Assembly (NCBI GenBank): GCA_951406725.2
Contig: OX597840.1
Location: 31,744,001 to 31,808,000 of the forward strand
DNA length: 64,000 bases
From: Octopus vulgaris
Taxonomy: Eukaryota
Direction of reading: 5' to 3'
Positions 53,446-64,000 of the stretch are shown here, piece after piece. Position 1 is the first letter of the stretch. Every line of letters begins with the position of its first letter. The notes under the pieces are model-generated. The model saw only the letters and a program-made list of their open reading frames with translations. It made no database searches and had not been told where the DNA came from. The translations under genes and the position numbers were made by a program.

Positions 53446-53524
53446 GCTCTGATGAAACTGTAAGGTGTTACTAAGGTACTCAACTATGAGTCAACCATAT
53501 CTCATAGCAGAAACAACTGTGAGC
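53446..53524 (+). ncRNA. Decayed type-I hammerhead motif with branched stem II
   Basis: GCT-CTGATGA-AACTG...CTATGAG/CTCATAG...CA-GAAA-CAACTG-TG-AGC; cleavage triplet non-canonical. Confidence 0.5.
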
Positions 53525-53727
53525 CATTGAAATTCATAAAATAATAGTTTATTTCTTTGTCATCACTTTTATTACCATTCAGCCCTCGACTAACACTTTG
53601 TTTAAAAGAACAGAGATTATGTCAGCTTGCAAACACATGTTCACTCTACTAAATTTATCCTCGGGCTAAGCCTAAACAACTAGAGTGTCAGATTCGCCAC
53701 TGAATATACATATATACACACAAACAT

Positions 53728-54178
53728 ATCATTATCATCATCATCATCGTATAATATCTTCCTTCAATGCTGGCATGGGTTGGACGATTTGATAGGAACT
53801 GGCCAGGTAGAAGACTGCACCATACTTTTGTGTCTGTTTTGGCGTGATTTTTATGACCTGATGCCCTTCCTAACACCAACCACCCCACAGAGTGGACTGA
53901 GAGCTTTTTACATGCACCGGTGTGGTCACCTTTGGAATGGTTTTTACAGTTAGATCCCCTTCCAAATGCTAACCAATTTACAGTGTGGACTGGTTTGGTT
54001 TTTAAGTGGCACCAGCACAAGCAAGGTCACCGAGTAACTTTACAGGACAAGGAATTTTTTTAGAAGAGTGGGAGCATTGGAGGATGTGATCTCTCGAGTC
54101 AGAAGAGGAACGGTTAAAGTGTGACGGTGAGGCAGATACAGATGTCTTGCTGCGGAGGAGGTACATGGTTACCCAACT
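53728..54178 (-). mobile_element. RTE-associated-type repeat with (TGA)n tail
   Basis: Minus strand GGTTGGTGTTAGGAAGGGCATCAGGTCATAAAA motif (two imperfect copies) and ATGATG tail. Confidence 0.55.
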
Positions 54179-54629
54179 AGGGGGAGGGAGAGAGGAGAGA
54201 GAGAGGGAGTGAGATGGAGGGAGTGAGATGGAGGGAGGGGAGATGAGAATTGAGGGAGGGGAGAGAGGGAGGGGAGATGAGAATTGAGGGAGGGGAGAGA
54301 GGGAGGGGATGGGAAGGGGAGGGGAGGAGATAGAGGGAATGAGGGGAGAAATGGAGGGAGAGGAGAGGGAGAAGGAGGGGAGAGATGAGGGAGAGGAGAG
54401 AGGGAGGGGAGGGAGGGAAGGAGGGGAGAGAGATCGGGGAGGGATGGGGGGGAGATTGGGGAGGGAGAGAGTGAGGGAGGGAGGGAGAAAGCGAGGGAGA
54501 GAGGGGGAGCGAGGGGAGGGAGGGGAAGGAGGGGAGGGAGCGAGGAAGAGTGAGGGAGGGAGGGAGCGAGCGAGGGAGGGAGAGGGGAGGGAAGGAGAGA
54601 GAAGAGAGAAGAGGGAAGGAGAGAAGGAG

Positions 54630-55219
54630 AGAAACGTTAGCACGTCGGGCGAAATGCGTAGCCGTATTTCGCCTGCTGTTACGTTCTGAGTTCAAATTCC
54701 GCCGAGGTCGATTTTACCTTTCATCCTTTCGGGGTCGATAAATTAAGTACCAGTTAGGCACTGGGGTCGATGTAATCGACTTAATACCTATGTCTGTCCT
54801 TGTTTGTCCTCTCTGTGTTTAGCCCCCTGTGGGTAGTAAAGGAATAGGTATTTCGTCTGCCGCTACGTTCTGAGTTCAAATTCCGCCGAGGTCAACTTTA
54901 CCTTTCATCCTTTCGGGGTCGATAAATTAAGTACCAGTTATGCACTGGGGTCGATGTAATCGACTTAATACCTATGTCTGTCCTTGTTTGTCCGCTCTAT
55001 GTTTAGCCCTTTGTGGGTAATAAAGAAATAGGTATTTCGTCTGCCGTTACGTTCTGAGTTCAAATTCCTCCGAGGTCGACTTTGCCTTTCATCCTTTCGG
55101 GGTCGATAAATTAAATACCAGTTACGCATTGGGGTCGATGTAATCGACTTAATACCTATGTCTGTCCTTGTTTGTCCCCTCTATGTTTAGCCTCTGGTGG
55201 GCAATAAAGAAATAGGTAT
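54630..55219 (+). mobile_element. SINE C trimer
   Basis: Truncated head plus three bodies, same junction. Confidence 0.9.
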
Positions 55220-55858
55220 ACTCGCAAGAAACGGGGATCAGAGCATTGATGAGATGATAGAGTAGGGAAGAGAGATATAAATGGTAGCAGATACCAGGGT
55301 ATACTCCGAAGGTATGGAGGTCATAATCTACTTGGTAGGTGCGAGTAGGGAGTGAGGGTAGTGAAACCGTGACTGGTGAGAACCTGGGTATATAGAGGGG
55401 GTGGGAGCAATTTTTTTTATTGCCGGAGAAGGGCTGCGCAGTAAGTTTTGAAAAATTAAGATATATATACGGGTGGCACACAGTTTGAGCGCCTCGTGTT
55501 TATATATTTAGCCCAAGGTGTACCTGTTGAGGACGATTTCACCTCGTGAGCAAATATTATTTATTTATTTGCTAAACTAAAATCAGAAACCAATTGGTCC
55601 AGGAAACTTAATGGTAATTTTTTTTATTTTTCATTTCGTTCCTGTCGGACTTCATCCCTAATTTTGTGGTTATAGAACCTAGCTGTTCTTTCTAGCGTGT
55701 TGAATACCACGAGTGGATTCCTTATGTGTTTAAATGTATACTATATATTATGACTGAGAAATAGTCTTTTTGGACTAAATTTCTACACGTTAGACCACTG
55801 GAAGTGAAAATTTTAATTAATTTTCCATTTCTCTTTGATGTGTTTATATATATATATA

Positions 55859-55935
<77 letters not shown>

Positions 55936-55959
55936 TACTTTTTACATCTCGTTCAGAGA

Positions 55960-56003
<44 letters not shown>

Positions 56004-56026
56004 TACTTTTTACATCTCGTTCAGAG

Positions 56027-56069
<43 letters not shown>

Positions 56070-56071
<2 letters not shown>

Positions 56072-56160
56072 GGCTGGCCGGATCGCAGCGATCTCAAGAT
56101 TAATCAGCCGAAATTGCGAGGATGATCCGGTTCTTGACTGAAGATTAGAGGCTTCGAATG
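56070..56160 (+). ncRNA. Second candidate reordered hammerhead-like motif
   Basis: CCGGATC..GCGA-TC|TCAAGA..AGCC-GAAA-TTGC..GATCCGG-T-TCTTGA-CTGAAGA; begins right after (TA)n. Confidence 0.5.
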
Positions 56161-56235
56161 ACTCGTCCGTTTTTTGTGTCGTCTATTTGAATGTTTTGCG
56201 TTCTTGTCCCATTTTGTATTTTTATATATATGTTT

Positions 56236-56282
<47 letters not shown>

Positions 56283-56482
56283 CTGTATATATATATATAT
56301 TTAACAATTAAGGATAACTTCTTAATAAGGAATCTTAACAAGTATTTATCAGGTAGTTAGCGTGAAAAACCTCATAAGAGAAAAATTTCGAAAATAATTC
56401 TTTCTTATTGAACATATTAATTTATATATAGATTTATATATATATTTATATTTTAATTGAACATATTGCCCTCTATATATAA

Positions 56483-56534
<52 letters not shown>

Positions 56535-56536
<2 letters not shown>

Positions 56537-56925
56537 CCTTACGGGTTAGCCACATTTAAGTGGCAAATATACTTCACGATGTGTTGCAGCTACTGTTTAT
56601 GCCTCGTTCAGAGATTTGTTATTGCTTCTTTACACTTTTTCAAGATCATTGACTTTTTGTCACTGGAAAAAGGAAATATATATTTGCATTGGAAGCCACT
56701 TCACATCGACAACCGCTGATTGTCACACACTGATGACGAATCAATATCCAGAAACTCAAGTCCGTGTGTATCACGTCAGGTTGGAGATGGGGAGGACGGC
56801 TTCCCTTTACAAATACTGATAGGACACAGAAAGTGTGTCAATAGCCAGCTGGAAGGAAGATGTGTCTTCCTGGAGCTACAAGCTACAGGGTTAGCCACAA
56901 TTAAGTGGCAAATATACTTCACTAT
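56535..56925 (+). mobile_element. Pseudo-LTR-like repeat with terminal direct repeat and decayed hammerhead (56724-56768)
   Basis: GGGTTAGCCACA.TTAAGTGGCAAATATACTTCAC at about 56543 and 56888; CACACA-CTGATGA-...TCCA-GAAA-CTCAAG-TC-CGTGTG. Confidence 0.65.
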
Positions 56926-56948
56926 ATATTTTGTTTATGTTTGTTTAT

Positions 56949-57161
56949 GTTTTCCAGTTTCAGCTCTTGAGCTGTGGCCATGCTGGGGCACCGCCATTGT
57001 GGTGAAAGAGTACAGCAGGGATCACCACCCCCTGCCGGAGCCTCGTAGAGCTTTTAGGTGTTTTCGCTCAATAAACACACACAACGCCCGGTCTGAGAAT
57101 CGAAACCGCGATCCTGCGACCGCGAGTCCGCTGCCCTAACCACTAGGCCATTGCGCCTCCA
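56949..57161 (-). mobile_element. Chimeric SINE: A head plus CR1-like LINE tail
   Basis: First ~165 nt of SINE A then GGCGGTGCCCCAGCATGGCCACAGCTCAAGAGCTGAAACTGGAAAAC. Confidence 0.85.
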
Positions 57162-57288
57162 CAATATATATATATACTATGTCATTGTAAGAAAAAAATT
57201 TATAATATTCGTCAGATGTATTGACTCAAATATATATTTTTTAACCTTTTAAAACAAGCCTTCTGTAGTTTTTTCACTTTTTACTATT

Positions 57289-57324
<36 letters not shown>

Positions 57325-57327
<3 letters not shown>

Positions 57328-57424
57328 ATCCAAACAAGAAAGTACAAAAAACACAACAACGTGAGGACGTGGAACAAGTATAGAGTTATTGGACGCTCAG
57401 GAAAGAAGGAAAATAGGAGGGTTT
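57325..57424 (-). mobile_element. Pseudo-LTR fragment beginning at the predicted hammerhead cleavage site
   Basis: Minus strand (TA)n then AAACCCTCC..., homologous to 9324-9428. Confidence 0.7.
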
Positions 57425-57431
57425 ATATATA

Positions 57432-57580
57432 TAGGCGCAGGAATCGCTTGCTAACCAACCACATGGTTCCGGGTTCAGTCCCACTGCGTGGCATCTTGGG
57501 CAAGTGTCTTCTGCTATAGCCCCGGGCCGACCAATGCCTTGTGAATGGATTTGGTAGACGGAAACTGAAAGAAGCCTGTC

Positions 57581-57626
<46 letters not shown>

Positions 57627-57805
57627 TTGTTTGTGTGTCTGTGTTTGTCCCCTTGCATTGCTTGACAACCGATGCTGGTGTGTTTACGCCCCCGTCACTT
57701 AGCGGTTCGGCAAAAGAATGTGTCCCGGGGTCGATTTGCTGGACTAAAGGCGGTGCTCCAGTATGGTTGCAGTCAAATAACTGAAACAAGTAAAAGAGTA
57801 AAAGA

Positions 57806-57806
<1 letters not shown>
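57432..57806 (+). mobile_element. SINE B
   Basis: B head, microsatellite and tail with small deletions. Confidence 0.88.
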
Positions 57807-57839
<33 letters not shown>

Positions 57840-57845
<6 letters not shown>

Positions 57846-58040
57846 AATGTGACCGCGTGTGTACCGTTGGCGATTTTTTCCCTCCGTCTTCCCTTCTTTA
57901 GATCTTTCCCTTTTCTATGTTTCTGACGAAGAGCTCCGCTCGAAACGTTAAACCCTCCTTCTTTCCTTCTCTCCTGTGCGTCCAATAATACTATATTTGT
58001 TCCACGTTCTCACATTGTTTTGTTTTGTCTTTGTGTTTTC

Positions 58041-58042
<2 letters not shown>
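57840..58042 (+). mobile_element. Penelope-like pseudo-LTR fragment with intact minimal hammerhead (57919-57953)
   Basis: GTTT-CTGACGA-A-GAGC-TCC-GCTC-GAAAC-GTT-AAAC; between (TA)n tracts. Confidence 0.78.
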
Positions 58043-58117
<75 letters not shown>

Positions 58118-58134
58118 CATATATACATATATAT

Positions 58135-58560
58135 GTAATAGTATACATATGGAAAATACTAGAAGGCCTAGAACCTAACTTCGGCATTTAGGGTTATACA
58201 AATGCTAGAAATGGCCGCCATTGTATTGTACCAAAGGTGCCATGTACTCCATCTAAATTCAGGACCGAGTATTGCAATAATCTAGGGTTCAAAGGCCTAC
58301 AGCTCTTCCATGCCCTGCCACAAAAGGAACTAGACGTCCACTTCTCCACAATACCGAATAAACCAACATGAGCCCGACATGAGGTGCAGACGTGGGCAGC
58401 GGAATCGAGCTCCTTTATACACCGAATGTACCAACAGCTGGGACAAAGTCACATACGAAGAGTGGCGAAACAGCCCAGACTGAGGAAATCAGAAAGACTA
58501 AGGTGGTGCTCCAGCATGACCACGGTCGCATGGCTGAAACATGTCAAAGCGTAAAAGTGT
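58135..58560 (+). mobile_element. CR1-like LINE 3' fragment, related to 15735-16540
   Basis: [15 protein letters not shown]...NARNGRHCIVPK...CNNLGFKGLQLF; tail GGTGGTGCTCCAGCATGACCACGGTC..GGCTGAAAC. Confidence 0.8.
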
Positions 58561-58584
58561 ATAAGACATATATTCATATGTATA

Positions 58585-58638
<54 letters not shown>

Positions 58639-58791
58639 CATATACATACATATATATATATACGTATATGTATATATACATACATATATATATGTATGTA
58701 TATATACATACACATACATATATATACATATGTATATATACATATACGTACATATATATATATATGTATGTATATATACATATACGTACCT

Positions 58792-58826
<35 letters not shown>

Positions 58827-58934
58827 CATACATATATATACATATGTATATATACATATACGTACATATATATATGTATGTATATATACATATACGTACC
58901 TATATATATATATATGTATATATACATATACAAC

Positions 58935-58965
<31 letters not shown>

Positions 58966-59006
58966 CATACATATATATATATGTATGTATGTATACATAT
59001 ACATAC

Positions 59007-59039
<33 letters not shown>

Positions 59040-59255
59040 CGTACATATATATATGTATGTATATATACATATACATGTATATATATATATATATGTATGT
59101 ATATATACATATACATACATATATATATGTACACACACACACGCACAGTGGGTGTTGATTTACCGTTTCTTTCCTCTCGGGTATATAAAGTAAATGCTGT
59201 AACATTCCTTCTCCAATGTGTAATAACGACTAAATAGTAGCAGTAGTAGTAGCAA

Positions 59256-59306
<51 letters not shown>

Positions 59307-59560
59307 CAGCAGCAGCACGAAGTCAATATTATATATTATTAATGGAAACGAATGCTCCAATTTACGTTGCTATTTACCAACATTTATAGACAGACAGGCA
59401 GACACACACACACACACACACATACATACATGCACATACACACATACACATACATACATACATACACACACTCATAGATATACATATAAATCCGCTTGCA
59501 TACTCACACACAGACATACACACACATACACACACATAAACGTACTTACAAATCCGCTTT

Positions 59561-59592
<32 letters not shown>

Positions 59593-60105
59593 TACATACA
59601 TACACTCATACACACATACATACACACACTCTTAGATATACATATAAATCCGCTTGCAGACAGGCAGACACACACGCACACACACACACACATAGATACA
59701 TACACATGCATACATACACTCATACACATACATACATACACACACTCATAGATATACATATAAATCCGCTTGCATACTCACACACAGACATACACACACA
59801 TACACACTTATAAACATACTTACAAATCCGCTTTCACATACACACACACACATACATACATACACTCATAGATATACATATAAATCCTCTTGCATACTCA
59901 CACACGGACACACACACACACACACACACACATACACACACATAAACGTACATACAAATCCACTTGCACATACACACACAGACATAATACAAAATCGCTT
60001 ACATACGTGTATACACACACACAGACACACAGACACACATATACACAAAAACGGCTACACATATAGACGCATGCAGCCAAGCACACACACACACACACAC
60101 ACACT

Positions 60106-60136
<31 letters not shown>

Positions 60137-60403
60137 TCATACACATCTGGTGGCGCGCAATCACATCCGTCTGAACCCTTCCGCTCCACAAACACTGACC
60201 ACCCCCACGAAAAACATTGACAACGTGAAATCACTAAAAACGTGGACACAACGGAATGGCCACCACCGGCAACACGAGCGCCGACATCAGTAACAGCAAC
60301 AGCAGCAGCGGTAGCAGCGGTAGCAGCAGGAGCAGCAGCAGCAGCAGCAGCTCAGCAATGGCGGCAGCAGTGGCAACAACAAAACCTTGCGTCTAATACC
60401 GTT

Positions 60404-61615
60404 GTCATCATCACCATCATCATCATCCTCATCATCATCATCATTATCATCATTAATATCATCAACATCATCATCATCGTCAACATCATCATCATCATCA
60501 TCATCATCATCATTATCATCGTCAGCATCATCATCATCATCAACATCATCATCATCATCATCGTCATCATCATTATCATCATCATAATCATTATTATCAT
60601 CATCATCATCATGATCAACATGATTATCATCATCATCATCATCATCATCATCGTCATCATCATTATCATCATCATAATCATTATTATCATCATCATCATC
60701 ATGATCAACATGATTATCATCATCATCATCATCATCACCACCATCATCACCACCACCATCATCATCATCATCATCATCGTCATTATCATCATCATCATCA
60801 TCATCACAATCATCATCATCATCATCGTCACCATCATCATCACCACCACCATCATCATCATCATCATCGTCATTATCATCATCATCATCATCATCAACAT
60901 CATCATTATCATTATCATCATCATCATCATCATCGTCATCGTCATCATCATCAACATCATCATCGTCATCACCATCGTCATCGAAACATTCAACTATTAC
61001 AAATCCACCAACGAACCGACGAACAGACAGACAGACAGGCAAGTCCACCTCCTGAGGACAAGAGAAATTCCATCCTCTCCCCCTCACACACACACACTAT
61101 CATCACTATCACCACTACCATTGTCCCCACCAAGACACCACCATCAACACCACTTCCACCACCACCACCACCACCACCACCAAGACATCAACACCAACAC
61201 CAACAACAACTTGAATGACACAGTTCTAATCAGTGATATCTACAACTACCATCAAACACCCCCACCACCACCACCACCATCAGCGCTACTACGACTATCA
61301 ACGCCACCACCACCATCAACACCACCACAACCATCAATACCACCGCCACCATCAACACCACCACAACCATCAATACCACCGCCACCATCAACACCACCAC
61401 AACCATCAGCTCCACTACCACCATCAACAAAACCACCACCATCAACGTCCCCACCGTCACCATCAGCTCCACCACCATCATCAACATCACCACAACCATC
61501 AACACCACCACCACTAAATGCATCCCAATCATCAATACCATTGCCACCATCAACACAAACAGTAAAATCATTAACATCACCACTACCACCATTATCACAA
61601 CCATCTCAGTCGTCA
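60404..61615. repeat. (CAT)n then (CAC)-rich low-complexity tract with a short 33-bp minisatellite
   Basis: Direct reading. Confidence 0.9.
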
Positions 61616-61617
61616 AT

Positions 61618-62293
61618 AGGCGCAATGGCCCAGTGGTTAGGGCAGCGAACTCGCGGTCGTAGGATCGCGGTTTCGATTCCCAGACCGGGCGTTGTGAGTG
61701 TTTATTGAGCGAAAACACCTAAAGCTCCACGAGGCTCCGGCAGGGGATGGTGGTGATCCCTGCTGTACTCTTTCACCACAACTTTCTCTCGCTCTTACTT
61801 CCTGTTTCTGTTGTACCTGTATTTCAAAGGGCCGGCCTTGTCACTCTCTGTGTCACGCTGAATATCCCCGAGAACTACGTTAAGGGTACACGTGTCTGTG
61901 GAGTGCTCAACCACTTACACGTTAATTTCACGAGCAGGCTGTTCCGTTGATCGGATCAACCGGAACCCTCATCGTCGTAACCAACGGAGTGTTTCCATAT
62001 TGAGCGAAAACACCTAAAGCTCCACGAAGCTCCGGCAGGGGATGGTGGTGATCCCTGCTGTACTCTTTCACCACAACTTTCTCTCGCTCTTACTTCCTGT
62101 TTCTGTTGTACCTGTATTTCAAGGGGCCGGCCTTGTCACTCTCTGTGTCACGCTGAATATCCCCGAGAACTACGTTAAGGGTACACGTGTCTGTGGAGTG
62201 CTCAGCCACTTACACGTTAATTTCACGAGCAGGCTGTTCCGTTGATTCGGATCAACTGGAACCCTCGTCGTCGTAACCAACGGAGTGCTTCCC
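61618..62293 (+). mobile_element. SINE A dimer
   Basis: Same junction; TSD CAGTCGTCAATA. Confidence 0.9.
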
Positions 62294-62389
62294 AGTCGTC
62301 AATACCATCGCTACCATCAGCTCCTCCACCACCACAACCACAATCATTACCACTTGTAGGTTTTCGCTTCAAGAAGACTTTTTTTTTTT

Positions 62390-62766
62390 TTTTTTACTTG
62401 TTTCAGTCATTTGACTGCGGCCATGCTGGAGTCGAGCAAATCGACCCCGGGACTTATTCTTTGTAAGCCCAGTACTTATTCTATCAGTCTCTTTTGCCGA
62501 ACCGCTAAGTGACGGGGATGTAAACACACCAGCATCGGTTGTCAAGCAATGCTAGGGGGGCAAACACAGACACACAAACACATATATATATATACATATA
62601 TACGACAGGCTTCTTTCAGTTTCCGTCTACCAAATCCACTCACAAGGCCTTGGTCGGCCTGGGGTTATAGCAGAAGACACTTGCCCAAGATGCCACGCAG
62701 TGGGACTGAACCCAGAACCATGTGGTTGGCTAGCAAGCTACTTACCACACAGCCACTCCTGCGCCT
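62390..62766 (-). mobile_element. SINE B
   Basis: Reverse complement of B with A-rich end. Confidence 0.9.
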
Positions 62767-62840
62767 ATAAATTGTAACTTGGTTACAATTTTTTTACAAA
62801 AACTGCACGACTGGGCGCACATTGGGCAAAATATACCTTT

Positions 62841-63007
62841 AGGCGCAGGCGTGGCTGTGTGGTAAGAAGCTTGCTTCACAACCAATGGTTCCGCGTTCAA
62901 TCTCACTGTATAACAACTTGTGCTAGTGTCTTCTACTATAGCCTCGTGCTGACCAAAGCCTTCGGAGTGGATTTGGTAGACGGAAACTGAAAGAAGCCCG
63001 TGACTTG

Positions 63008-63038
<31 letters not shown>

Positions 63039-63055
63039 TATGTGTGTGTGTGTGA
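62841..63055 (+). mobile_element. SINE B 5' half (diverged)
   Basis: Head through microsatellite. Confidence 0.8.
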
Positions 63056-63090
63056 AATAATATGTGACAATTGTTACCTTACCGTTTTTA

Positions 63091-63131
<41 letters not shown>

Positions 63132-63259
63132 ATCACGTGACCGACCAGTCCATCAGATGTAGTTATACATCGCTGGTCACAATGCATTCGCATTGTTTTA
63201 GCCTTCGAATGATGCCAACCCGCTGGCTAAGCGAGCAGGCCAATATATATATATATATA

Positions 63260-63291
<32 letters not shown>

Positions 63292-63880
63292 TTTATATAT
63301 ATATATATGTATGTATGTATGCATGTATGTATGTATGTATGTATGTATGTATGCATGTATGTATGTATGTATGTATGTATGTATGTATGTATGTATGTAT
63401 GAAATCTTTTTTGTAAGATAGTTGTGCTTATAATTCAGTGTATCTTAACTAGTTGTGTCACTCTACTGGGTGTGGGGAGCGACATTGAGCTCACAGAGAC
63501 GTAGCACGTGTCAAAGGGAGTGCTATGGATGGAGTGGGGTTAGGAGGTCGCAGTTGTTTTTTAGAAGTACGTTATTGTTGCAGAATTGGCCAAAAGTCAC
63601 GTACCAAATCATTTGTCATTTTTACAGTAGAATTGTTACCATGCCGGACAAAATGCTAGGCGACTTTACTTCGGACTTCACGTTCTGAGTTCAGATCCAC
63701 CGTTGTCGACTTCTTCTTTTGACCTTTTCGGGCGTCAATGAAATAAGTACCAGCTGATCGACCCCAGTGTTCAACTGGTACTTATGTGTGAAAGGAAAAG
63801 TCTATTCCGGCGGGATAGCGAGATGAAAGGTCACTAAACATTTTGTCTGGCTTGCTAATAATTCTGCAACGTCGCCACCT

Positions 63881-63897
63881 TAATAATAATAATAATG

Positions 63898-63981
<84 letters not shown>

Positions 63982-64000
63982 TTAAATAATTATAATAATA
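63881..64000. repeat. (TAA)n
   Basis: Direct reading. Confidence 0.98.

Noticed and set aside
60242-61718. Poly-Ala/Ile/Pro ORFs
   Set aside because: Trinucleotide low complexity interrupted by a SINE; a short MATTGNTS... ORF near 60257 has no support.

Overview
Eukaryotic (animal) repeat-dense DNA with no intact host gene that I can support. The SINE families and extreme microsatellite density suggest an octopus/coleoid cephalopod genome (inference, no database search run). Almost all long ORFs in the track are microsatellite read-throughs. The window holds three abundant tRNA-derived SINE families (called A, B, C here) plus CORE-like and chimeric SINEs, decayed LINEs (Tx1/L1-like, RTE, CR1-like, R4/Dong-like), nested DNA transposons, two non-autonomous Helitrons and a 22-bp satellite. 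Most notable: (1) about eight type-I hammerhead ribozyme motifs, mostly in short repeats beside (TA)n, consistent with Penelope-like pseudo-LTRs, one sibling starting exactly at the predicted cleavage site; (2) a hammerhead-like motif whose three core strands lie in an order that no circular permutation produces, with an extra helix, in two unrelated sequence families; (3) fixed-junction 3' multimerisation of SINE A, SINE C and an RTE LINE; (4) head/body/tail shuffling among SINEs, including a tail shared with the CR1-like LINE. All structures were folded by eye and repeat boundaries are approximate.
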